A stretch of DNA of 64,000 nt, taken from the NCBI GenBank assembly GCA_963734495.1, contig CAVTHK010000003.1:384001-448000 (forward strand). The letters run 5' to 3'. Position 1 is the stretch's first letter, and the number at the start of each line of letters is the position of its first letter. This DNA comes from an uncultured Spirochaetota bacterium (GTDB taxonomy: Bacteria; Spirochaetota; Spirochaetia; SZUA-6; CAVTHK01). Positions 19,043 through 27,405 of the stretch are shown piece after piece. Position numbers and translations under genes: made by a program. The notes below the pieces were generated by a model. It did not search any database, was not told where the DNA came from, and saw only the letters and a program-made list of their open reading frames with translations.

Positions 19043-19129
19043 TGCTCTTATAGATTATACTGTAAGAGCAGCAAGAAAAGCAAGAGCACAAAGAATAAAG
19101 TTGACAATAAGAATTGCAAAGACTATACT
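19043..19129. promoter_or_regulatory. Divergent sigma70 promoters overlaid by 9-bp repeats, copy 2
   Basis: Plus strand TTGACA(19101)-17 bp-TATACT(19124); minus strand TTGCTT-18 bp-TATAAT; repeats GTAAGAGCA/GCAAGAAAA/GCAAGAGCA/CAAAGAATA from 19062, plus inverted TGCTCTTAT at 19043. Confidence 0.8.
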
Positions 19130-19152
19130 TGAAGAATCGAAGGACGGAGAAT

Positions 19153-19356
19153 ATGCCAAAGATCACAAACACTAAAGTGACGGCGTTCACGATCAAAGCT
19201 GTGGACCGCGATCTCGCCAACCGCTTCCGGGCCGCCTGCCACATCAGGGGCAAGCTGTATCACGATGTGCTGCTGGAGCTCATGGAGCAGTACGCGCGTG
19301 AGAACCTGCCCTTCACAGGAAGCTTGAGCGGCGGCGCGTCGGCCACGACGAACTGA
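19153..19356 (+). CDS. Small ribbon-helix-helix-like DNA-binding protein, copy 2
   Basis: 50 of the first 53 residues are identical to 17115-17318. Confidence 0.75.
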   Translation: MPKITNTKVTAFTIKAVDRDLANRFRAACHIRGKLYHDVLLELMEQYARENLPFTGSLSGGASATTN

Positions 19357-19507
19357 AGGACCGCCGGCTGTCCTTGCGCCGCGGGAACGCGGCGGGAGCA
19401 CAGCCGGAAGGAGTTGACCGCGAGCCGTCCGGCAACCCGACGGGAAGGCGCGCTCCTGGCGGATCTAGGGGTGCGTTGGCGCGGACGGCGGCGGAGAGGA
19501 GACCAGC

Positions 19508-21412
19508 ATGTCAGATCCAAACCAGAAGCAATTCTCGCCGATGGGATTTTTCCGGAAGGGGCAACCGCGTGTGGCCTGGTGGTACGCGGCGGGTGCGATT
19601 CTCCTGATTATCGCCTTGAATTCCTTTCTGGCGCCCAAGTCGAATGAGATCGCTGTCGACTTCAGCACGTTCAAAGGGATGATCCAGAGCGGCGAGATCA
19701 AGCGGGTCGAAATGACCGCCGGCTTCTATCTCGGCTACACGGTCACTCAGGTCAAGTCCCTCGAGAAAGGCGCGGGCGCGGCGCAGGTCTACAGAACGAC
19801 CCCCGTGAACGACCCCAGCTTTGTCAGTCTGCTCGATGCCAAGGGTGTCCAGTACTACGCGGTGCTTCCGGTCGAGCGCCCGGTCCTGGCGATGATCCTG
19901 AGCTGGGGCGTCCCCTTGGCTCTGATGTTTCTCGTGTGGCGGGTGCTCTCGAAGCGCATGCGCTCCATGGGGCAGAACGTGATGAGCTTCGGGCAGAACA
20001 AGTCGCGGATCGTTGCCGAAGGGGACACGAAAGTCCACTTCGGCGACGTCGCCGGAGCGGACGAGGCCAAGGCCGAGCTCGAGGAGGTCGTTGACTTCCT
20101 GAAGAACCCCGATCGCTATAGTGCCATCGGAGGCAGGATCCCCAAGGGGGTTCTCCTGATCGGGGCCCCGGGGACGGGAAAGACCCTGCTGGCTCGCGCG
20201 GTCGCGGGGGAGGCAGGGGTGACCTTCTTCAGGATCAGCGGCTCGGAGTTCGTGGAGATGTTCGTCGGCGTCGGCGCGGCCCGAGTCAGAGACCTTTTCC
20301 AGCAGGCCCGCGCCAAGGCGCCTTGCATCGTCTTCGTCGACGAGCTGGATGCGATCGGCAAGAGCCGCAGTCAGATGCTGTCGAGCAACGATGAGCGGGA
20401 GCAGACTCTGAACCAGCTGCTGGTAGAGATGGACGGATTCGACTCCAAAAAGGGTGTCATCCTGCTGGCGGCTACAAACCGGCCCGAGATCCTCGACCCT
20501 GCGCTGCTGCGGCCGGGTCGATTCGACCGCCAGATCCTGGTGGACAAACCGGACCTCGCAGGGCGCGAAGCGATCCTCCGCCTGCACGGCAAGAATGTGA
20601 AGATCGAAGATACAGTGAACCTCAACGACGTCGCACGCAGGACCGCTGGTTTTGTCGGCGCGGATCTGGCCAACCTCGTGAACGAAGCAGCCATCTGCGC
20701 CGTGCGCGGCGGCCGGCTGACGGTCACGCAGGGCGACTTTGAAACGGCCTTCGAGAGACTGGTCGCGGGACTGGAGAAGAAAAGCCGGCTCATCAGCCCC
20801 GGTGAGCGGAAGATAGTGGCCTATCACGAGAGCGGGCACGCCGTCGTTGCGCAGTTCACCCCGGGTGCCGACCCCGTCGAGAAGATCTCGATCGTACCCA
20901 GGGGCATGAGCGCCCTGGGCTTTACGCTGCAGCTTCCGACCGAGGAGCGCTTCCTCATGACACAGGAAGAGCTGACCGGCAAGATTGACGTCCTTCTCGG
21001 CGGGAGAGCAGCCGAGAAGATCGTCTTCGACGAGATCTCCACGGGTGCATCGAACGACTTGAACAAGGCCACCGACATCGCCCGCCGGATGATCACCGAC
21101 TACGGCATGAGCGAAAAGTTCGAGAATGTGTACCTGCCCTCCAGGAGGCAGAGCCAGTTCCTGGGCGAGGGCAACTACACCGTCGTGCGCGAATACGCCG
21201 AGACCACCCAGCAGTACGTCGACGAGGAAACCGCCCACATCATCGCAGCGCGCTACAAGAAGGTATTGGATCTCCTCAAGAGCAAGCTGAAGCTTCTCGA
21301 CGAAGTGGCGCAGAAGTTGTTGGCAGAAGAAGTCATGGACGGGAAGGAGTTCGTGAGAATCGCGGGGCTGCACTCGGGAGTGCCGTCCTCGCCCGTTCCG
21401 ATGAACAACTGA
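19508..21412 (+). CDS. ftsH: ATP-dependent zinc metalloprotease FtsH
   Basis: Two TM segments, Walker [50 protein letters not shown], zinc motif HESGH. Confidence 0.97.
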   Translation: MSDPNQKQFSPMGFFRKGQPRVAWWYAAGAILLIIALNSFLAPKSNEIAVDFSTFKGMIQSGEIKRVEMTAGFYLGYTVTQVKSLEKGAGAAQVYRTTPVNDPSFVSLLDAKGVQYYAVLPVERPVLAMILSWGVPLALMFLVWRVLSKRMRSMGQNVMSFGQNKSRIVAEGDTKVHFGDVAGADEAKAELEEVVDFLKNPDRYSAIGGRIPKGVLLIGAPGTGKTLLARAVAGEAGVTFFRISGSEFVEMFVGVGAARVRDLFQQARAKAPCIVFVDELDAIGKSRSQMLSSNDEREQTLNQLLVEMDGFDSKKGVILLAATNRPEILDPALLRPGRFDRQILVDKPDLAGREAILRLHGKNVKIEDTVNLNDVARRTAGFVGADLANLVNEAAICAVRGGRLTVTQGDFETAFERLVAGLEKKSRLISPGERKIVAYHESGHAVVAQFTPGADPVEKISIVPRGMSALGFTLQLPTEERFLMTQEELTGKIDVLLGGRAAEKIVFDEISTGASNDLNKATDIARRMITDYGMSEKFENVYLPSRRQSQFLGEGNYTVVREYAETTQQYVDEETAHIIAARYKKVLDLLKSKLKLLDEVAQKLLAEEVMDGKEFVRIAGLHSGVPSSPVPMNN

Positions 21413-21540
21413 GCGCCGACGGCCGGCTTTCGCCGCGAGCAGCCCCAACGCAGACACCTCATCTGCCGCGAAGTCGTCGCAACTGCGCGTCCGTTACACT
21501 GTCATTGTACCGTAGAACCCTCAGAAAGGAAGGTGAGCGG

Positions 21541-21930
21541 ATGAGACTCGCTGGACTGAGAACCGCCTTGTTGCTCTGTGCGCTCTCGATCACCGCGACC
21601 GGATGCGCTCTGCTCCTGGGTGCAGGCGCCGGCGCCGGCGCCTACGCCTACGTCGAAGGCAACCTGAAGACGACCTACGACGCTGCGCTGCCGCAAGCGT
21701 GGGAGGCGACGCGCCAAGCCCTGCAGCAGCTGGGGATGAAGCCAGACGTCGAGCAACACGACGCATTCAGCGGAGCCCTGAAAGGCAAGATGTCTGACGG
21801 CAGGGAGTTCAACATCGCCGTCACCAAGGTCACCGACACAAGAACTGAAGTCGCCATCCGGATCGGTCTGGGAGACAGGAAGGTTTCCGAGACCATCCAC
21901 GCGAAGATCGCGGCAAATCTCAAGTCATAG
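21541..21930 (+). CDS. DUF3568-like lipoprotein
   Basis: Lipobox ATGC followed by ALLLGAGAGAGAYAYVEGNL; C-terminal TEVAIRIGLGD. Confidence 0.75.
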   Translation: MRLAGLRTALLLCALSITATGCALLLGAGAGAGAYAYVEGNLKTTYDAALPQAWEATRQALQQLGMKPDVEQHDAFSGALKGKMSDGREFNIAVTKVTDTRTEVAIRIGLGDRKVSETIHAKIAANLKS

Positions 21931-22050
21931 CCCTCGAGAGGGAACCCATAGAACGGGACTATGCCATCAGCGTTCTATCCCGTGACTCCTCGCCGTGCAC
22001 TGATCACTTGGGAGTGACGCGACGGTCCGAAGTGAGCCTTTTGAAACGGA

Positions 22051-22788
22051 TCACATCGCGACTACGTCGGGGAGCAGGCGACGGAACTCTTTTCTGACAA
22101 CTTCGTAGCACTCGCAAACCCGCGCCTCGAGGCCCGGTCGATCCAGCACGGTGATGCGGCCCCGGCTGTAGTGGATCAATCCGGCACGCTGCAATTGCCC
22201 GGCTGCCTCGGTCACGCCCTCGCGCCGTACTCCCAGCATGTTGGCGATCAGTTCCTGAGTCATGCTCAGCTCGTTCGAGGGCAACCGGTCAAGACTGAAC
22301 AGCAGCCAGCGACAGAGCTGCTGGTCCACAGAATGGTGCCGATTGCAGACCGCGGTCTGCGCCATCTGGGCCAGCAGGGCCAGGATATAGCGCAACAACA
22401 GATGCTGCAGACTCCCTGGGCGGTTGAATTCCTGCCTAAGCAACTGTCCGTTCAGCCGATAGGCGTGGCCCGCGCTCTGCACCACGGCCCGATTCGGCAT
22501 GGTTTCGCCGCCCATGAACACGGCGACGCCTACGATACCCTCGTTGCCGACCACAGCGATTTCGGCGGACGCGCCATTCTCCATCACGAACAGCAGGGAC
22601 ACGATGGCGGTGGTAGGGAAGTAGACGTGACTCATCCGGTCCCCGGACTCGTAGAGGGCCTTACCGAGCGGCAGCGGGACCAGTTCCAGGTGACGAGAAA
22701 GGCGCTCGTATTCGGACTCGGGCAGGACGGCGAGCAGATGGTTTTGTCGTGGGTCGGCGGGTTTTGGTGGGCTGGGCACAATAGCCAT
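22051..22788 (-). CDS. Crp/Fnr-family transcriptional regulator
   Basis: QNHLLAVLP, EIAVVGNEG, QTAVCNRHHSVDQQLCRWLL, HTH MTQELIANMLGVRREGVTEAA. Confidence 0.93.
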   Translation of the reverse strand: MAIVPSPPKPADPRQNHLLAVLPESEYERLSRHLELVPLPLGKALYESGDRMSHVYFPTTAIVSLLFVMENGASAEIAVVGNEGIVGVAVFMGGETMPNRAVVQSAGHAYRLNGQLLRQEFNRPGSLQHLLLRYILALLAQMAQTAVCNRHHSVDQQLCRWLLFSLDRLPSNELSMTQELIANMLGVRREGVTEAAGQLQRAGLIHYSRGRITVLDRPGLEARVCECYEVVRKEFRRLLPDVVAM

Positions 22789-22872
22789 GAGCAACCTCCC
22801 AAAATCGTCTGTCGAAATCGTGTGGCCAGAGTTTTGTGGCCGCAAATGATCCTGTCAAGACCCCCGTTTCAT

Positions 22873-22886
22873 GTGCGATGGCGTAC
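22873..22886. promoter_or_regulatory. Candidate Crp/Fnr-family binding site 1
   Basis: GTGCG-N4-CGTAC imperfect palindrome upstream of the regulator gene. Confidence 0.5.
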
Positions 22887-23055
22887 CGACCGAACGCGGC
22901 GTCCAGTGCAATTCCTCGATTCTTGCTATGGCGCGCGGCAGCCACGTGCGCTGCTCTGTCAAGCTGGGTGCGATCGGCTGGGCTTCACCCTGAGAAAATC
23001 CAGGTCAGGTCCGCTGCCAATATCACAGACGGTCCCTTTCAGTGACTTCAATTGA

Positions 23056-23075
23056 TCTGTACGCTACCGAACAGA
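23056..23075. promoter_or_regulatory. Candidate Crp/Fnr-family binding site 2
   Basis: TCTGTACG-CTAC-CGAACAGA imperfect palindrome about 60 nt upstream of the divergent operon; same core as site 1. Confidence 0.55.
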
Positions 23076-23133
23076 CGCCTGCCACGGCATGCAGTAGGGT
23101 TCTGTCAACATAGGGGTAAAGAGGAGAATCATC

Positions 23134-23325
23134 ATGCCGTTGACTCAGTTCGTGATTGTCCTGGTCGTTTTGGGGGTACTGCTGTGGGCGATCAATAGGT
23201 ATATACCCATGGACGCTACCATCAAGAAAATCCTGAATGTGGTTGTCGTTCTTGTCGCGGTTTTTTTCGTATTGCGTGCCTTCGGAGTCCTGGATTCCCT
23301 GTCAGGAATTCGTGTTCGTCTGTGA
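23134..23325 (+). CDS. Small two-TM membrane protein (Thivi_2564-like)
   Basis: GAGGAG RBS; GVLLWAINRYIPMDATIKKILNVVVV. Confidence 0.8.
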   Translation: MPLTQFVIVLVVLGVLLWAINRYIPMDATIKKILNVVVVLVAVFFVLRAFGVLDSLSGIRVRL

Positions 23326-23420
23326 CGGTGATCCGGTACAGAGCCGTTGCTCATGCCTGACCGGGCAATTTGACTCCGGCAGCTTGCCGGATCACGAATC
23401 CGGAACTGGAGCAAGCCCAA

Positions 23421-23708
23421 ATGCTTACCAGAGACCAGTATGTGGCAAGACTGAAGAAACAGCTTGATGAGTGGAACGCAGAGATTGACACCTTGGAGGT
23501 GATGGCGCACAAAACCAGGGAGGACGCTAAGGCGAAAGTTCAGGAGCAACTCAGGGCACTGCACAGCAAGCGTCTGGAAGGCCAGAAGAAACTGGAGGCT
23601 ATCAAGGCCGCGACTGGAGACTCCTGGGAGCAACTCAAAGCAGAAACCGAGAATGTCTGGGAAGCACTCAAGGATTCCGTGCATGCGTTCAAAGCGCATT
23701 TCCAATGA
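23421..23708 (+). CDS. Small coiled-coil stress-response protein (sll1863-like)
   Basis: RDQYVARLKKQLDEWNAEID...ATGDSWEQLK..ENVWEALK. Confidence 0.8.
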   Translation: MLTRDQYVARLKKQLDEWNAEIDTLEVMAHKTREDAKAKVQEQLRALHSKRLEGQKKLEAIKAATGDSWEQLKAETENVWEALKDSVHAFKAHFQ

Positions 23709-23782
23709 TTCGCCCAATCATAGAGGTACCTTTCGCTGGTGGCATGTAGTCTGAACCGAAACAACAGTCAAGGGGGACAAAC

Positions 23783-24235
23783 ATGAAGCGTCTGGGAGTT
23801 GCTGTGGCCGTCCTGGTTCTGATTGCCGTTGCGGCGCCGCTGTTCGCCGAAAGCGCGACGACCAGGTGGGAGAATCGTCTCAAGGAATACTTCAATGACC
23901 TGTTGCTCAAAGTGGAGCAGACCAAGGACCCTGCGGAGAAGCGGGCCTTGCTCAACGAGAGCCTCGAGCGGTTCCTGACGGCGATGGACCGGATCCAGGG
24001 ACTTCCTCTCCTTAATCAGGAGCAGCGGGAGGCGACGGCCCGTTTCACCGCCACGGTGCAGGAAAAGCGCGATGAGCTCAACGGCGCCGCCGGCTTCGCG
24101 ATGGTGGCCAACGCGGATCTGAACGACTTCGCCGCGTACATGGTGCAGGACCTGGAGCAGGCCGCGCAAACCTATGTCGTGCTCTCCGGTGTCACGATCA
24201 TCATCATCCTGTTGATCCTGATCCTCCTCCTGTAA
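23783..24235 (+). CDS. Secreted helical protein with a C-terminal hydrophobic tail
   Basis: Signal peptide MKRLGVAVAVLVLIAVAAPLFA; ends QAAQTYVVLSGVTIIIILLILILLL-stop with no charged tail. Confidence 0.75.
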   Translation: MKRLGVAVAVLVLIAVAAPLFAESATTRWENRLKEYFNDLLLKVEQTKDPAEKRALLNESLERFLTAMDRIQGLPLLNQEQREATARFTATVQEKRDELNGAAGFAMVANADLNDFAAYMVQDLEQAAQTYVVLSGVTIIIILLILILLL

Positions 24236-24239
24236 CGGC

Positions 24240-25271
24240 TTGGTGTTTCCTAAGTGCCGGGGTGTGCGGCTTGCCGCGGCCCCGGCGTTGCTGCTGCTCG
24301 TCCTCTCCTGTCGGACCGTGTACCCCGCGCTCGAGCTGCCCACCGGCCCGCTTCGCTATGCCCTGGTGTTTGTCATTCATGGAGATGGCAGTTACCTCTT
24401 CCACGACGAAGACGGAAAGCCCCATCAGGCCGATGAGGTGGCTCTGGAGCGGGCCCGCGCCAGCGCCCAAGCGAACCCGGAGGCGGAGGTGTTCGTGTTC
24501 CATCAGCACGACCGCCGTGGTCTGGCTCGGAAGAACGGGACGCTGGAGCTTTATCGCAACGGAACCCATGTCTTGCAGAAAGACTACCGGAGAGCCTCCG
24601 GTGGAATGGAAGCCGAGATCGCGCTCTACCAGGACCTCAGCCGGCTCGAGCACAGCGCCGAGGTGCGGCGCATCTTCTTGTACTTCGGCCACCAGATACC
24701 CGAGCTGCCGCAGCCCGGGTATCACAGCTCCATCCCGAAAGCCTCGTTCGGCCTGGAGCAGGTCGCCGACGGTATGGCGGGGTTCCTTCCTCAGGGCAAG
24801 CGCTTCGACCTGGCCGTGCTGTCCACCTGCAACAACGGCACGCCCACCGCCGTTGCGGCCCTCGCGCCGTGGGCGCGTTACCTGGTGGCCTCTCCGGCGG
24901 ACCTCCATCTCTCTCATCTGGCCACCAGGACGCTGCATCACCTGGAAGGCCGCGAGCCCATGGACCCGGGACTCCTTGCCAACGAGCTCGCGCTCACCGC
25001 TTTTCGGGACCTGACGGAGCGGGTCTCCACCATCGTCACCGTTTCGGTCTACGACATCGACACGCTGGCACCCCGGGTCTCGGAGGCGGCGACGGAGCTT
25101 CGGGCACGCCTTGCCGGCGCCAACGGTCCGCTGGACCTCTACGACTGTGGGGAAGATCCGCGGTTGTCCTGGCTGGCGGGTTTACCCGGGGTCACCATAC
25201 ACTACCGGCCGCCACGCTTCGGACGCGAGCGAAGCAAGGCGACTCACTCGGGTCTTCAGTGCTTCCGCTAG
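24240..25271 (+). CDS. Lipoprotein with a clostripain/caspase-fold (C11-like) cysteine peptidase-like domain
   Basis: Lipobox LVLSC; IFLYFGH and FDLAVLSTCNNG..ALAPWARYLVASP match the His/Cys strand pattern of C11 peptidases. Start codon uncertain. Confidence 0.6.
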   Translation: MVFPKCRGVRLAAAPALLLLVLSCRTVYPALELPTGPLRYALVFVIHGDGSYLFHDEDGKPHQADEVALERARASAQANPEAEVFVFHQHDRRGLARKNGTLELYRNGTHVLQKDYRRASGGMEAEIALYQDLSRLEHSAEVRRIFLYFGHQIPELPQPGYHSSIPKASFGLEQVADGMAGFLPQGKRFDLAVLSTCNNGTPTAVAALAPWARYLVASPADLHLSHLATRTLHHLEGREPMDPGLLANELALTAFRDLTERVSTIVTVSVYDIDTLAPRVSEAATELRARLAGANGPLDLYDCGEDPRLSWLAGLPGVTIHYRPPRFGRERSKATHSGLQCFR

Positions 25272-25474
25272 GAGATAGAGCGAGAGGCATACCGGCATCC
25301 CTCTGCCGTCCGACCCGCTTGACGGGGTTGCTTTCGCATGGAGCATTGGCCTTTGGTATCCAGGGCACCCCCCTCGCAGACGCGAACTCCATCCGCGGTC
25401 GATCGGAAAAGCAGTTGCGCTGACGAGCGTTTCGATTCGACGCCGGCCGGGCTGTCTGCGTGAGTGTTGAAGGG

Positions 25475-26392
25475 ATGGAAGCGCATCATCTGTCAATCGC
25501 TGTCGCATTCGTTGCCTACTCCCTCATGGATCTCGGCAAGGCAGTCCAGAAGCAAGGGCTCGCGACCGCGGGCAAGAGTCGGAGGAGGGGATTCCTCATC
25601 TGGGCAGCCGGCACCGTTTCCACCACTGTGTCCTCGTTCCTGCTCCTGTACGCGGTGAGCCTGGCAAGCATCGTGGTCGTCGGTGCCATGGCCGGCACCG
25701 GGCTCGCGTCGTTGACGCTGTTCTCGGCGCTGGTGCTGAAAGAAAAGGTGGGGCCAAGAGAGCTTGTCGGCGTAGCGGCGATCCTGGCCGGGCCGTTCTT
25801 GCTTGCAAGTGTGCCCCCAGGGGCAGCGGCTACAAGGCCCGTGGTCGAGCACCTGTTCCTTATGATGGCAGGGGTCGTTGGCGGTTACGGCCTGCTGGTG
25901 CTCGTTCTGACAACACGCGGGCGGCGAACAGGTGCCGTTGTCGCCAGTGCCGCCGGCTCTTTGGGGGGATTCACCCTGATATTCCAGAAGGTCTCCACAT
26001 CGGAGCTGGGAAGGGCGAGCTCATTCGTTGCAGGACGAGACCTTTCTGCTGCAAATGATGGGTTGGCCAGCCGGATCCTGGTCGTGCTGGCCAATCCATA
26101 CACTCTCCTGTGGATTGCCCTGTCGATACTTGCCACCTTGGTCCTCCAGCTGTCCTATCGCCACGAAGCAGCCATTCGTATGGTTCCGGCCTTCGGCGTG
26201 CACTACATCCTGATTCCGGTCGTTGGCGGCCTGTTGTTCTTCCGCGAACCTTCCCATCCCCTGCAGTGGCTGGGTATCGGACTCATCCTGCTCGGAGCCG
26301 TTGTCCTGCTCTCTTCCACTGCCCGGGATCCAAAGCCACCGCGCGATACCTCAGACGACGGACCGTCGAAGGCCGCGGCCGCAGCCAGGTGA
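25475..26392 (+). CDS. DMT-superfamily (NIPA/EamA-like) transporter
   Basis: About 9-10 TM segments; LGKAVQKQG, FSALVLKEKVGPRELVGVAAI, GLLFFRE..QWLGIGLILLG. Confidence 0.75.
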   Translation: MEAHHLSIAVAFVAYSLMDLGKAVQKQGLATAGKSRRRGFLIWAAGTVSTTVSSFLLLYAVSLASIVVVGAMAGTGLASLTLFSALVLKEKVGPRELVGVAAILAGPFLLASVPPGAAATRPVVEHLFLMMAGVVGGYGLLVLVLTTRGRRTGAVVASAAGSLGGFTLIFQKVSTSELGRASSFVAGRDLSAANDGLASRILVVLANPYTLLWIALSILATLVLQLSYRHEAAIRMVPAFGVHYILIPVVGGLLFFREPSHPLQWLGIGLILLGAVVLLSSTARDPKPPRDTSDDGPSKAAAAAR

Positions 26393-26495
26393 TTCGGCTC
26401 GCCGTTTGCTTCGTCGGGGGTCGGGTGTCGAATACCTCGTGCTGCAGAAGCAGTATATTCAATCCATGCTGCCCATACGGGCAACGGAGGCCATC

Positions 26496-27371
26496 ATGTA
26501 TTGGATCTATGGACTTGCCGTCCTTGTTGTCGTGCTTTTCCTTATCGGAATCAGGATCGTGCGGCCCACCAGCAGGGGCCTGGTGGAGCGACTTGGGAAA
26601 TACAGGCGTTTCGCGTCACCCGGTTTCAACTGGATCATCCCTATCGTGGACCGGATGTTCCGGGTCAACATCACCGAGGTCATGGTGAACGCGGAACCGC
26701 AGGAGATCATCACCAACGACAAGCTCAACGCGAGTGTCGACGCACAGGTGTACTTCAAGGTCAAGAACGACGAAGAAAGCGTGAAGAACTCGCAGTACAG
26801 CGTGTTCGACTACAAGTACCAGATCGTCAACCTCGCGCGAACGACGCTGCGCAATATCATCGGCACCATGACGCTCAAGTCCGCGAACAGCGAACGCGGC
26901 AAGATCAACAGCGAGCTGCAGAAGACGATGCGCGACGAAACGTCGCACTGGGGAATCGAGATCGTCAGAACAGAGTTGAAGGAGATCGATCCTCCCAAGG
27001 ATGTCCAGGAGACGATGAACAAGGTCGTGAAGGCCGAAAACGAGAAGGTGGCTGCAGTGGACTTCGCGACTGCCACCGAAACCATGGCGGACGGCGCGCG
27101 AAGGGCAGAGATCAAGAAGGCCGAGGGGGTCAGGCAGGCCAAGATACTCGAAGCCGAGGGCGAGGCGCAGGCCATCAAGCTCGTCAATGAGGCGGCGGAC
27201 AGGTACTTCGTCGGCAACGCCCAATTGATGAGGAGACTGGAAACCGTGGAGAAATCCCTCGCGAACAACGCCAAGATCGTGATTCCAGCGGATTCCGAGC
27301 TCGTGAATGTGATCGGGGAGTTGGCCGGCGTGCTGCCGCTGGCACAGAGAGCTGCCAAGGGGACAACGTAG
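26496..27371 (+). CDS. SPFH/Band 7 family membrane protein
   Basis: IRIVRP..GLVERLGKY, PQEIITND, LARTTLRNIIG, WGIEIVRTELKEIDPP, AEGVRQAKILEAEGEAQA. Confidence 0.93.
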   Translation: MYWIYGLAVLVVVLFLIGIRIVRPTSRGLVERLGKYRRFASPGFNWIIPIVDRMFRVNITEVMVNAEPQEIITNDKLNASVDAQVYFKVKNDEESVKNSQYSVFDYKYQIVNLARTTLRNIIGTMTLKSANSERGKINSELQKTMRDETSHWGIEIVRTELKEIDPPKDVQETMNKVVKAENEKVAAVDFATATETMADGARRAEIKKAEGVRQAKILEAEGEAQAIKLVNEAADRYFVGNAQLMRRLETVEKSLANNAKIVIPADSELVNVIGELAGVLPLAQRAAKGTT

Positions 27372-27405
27372 CGCGCATCGTCGCGGTCCTCTGCTTCCGG
27401 CACGA

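Larger units (their letters stand above)
18012..19356. repeat. Duplicated module, copy 2 (carries an extra small gene)
   Basis: Direct-orientation paralog of 16246-17318. Offset is 1767 nt for the membrane gene and 2040 nt for the promoter. Confidence 0.92.
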
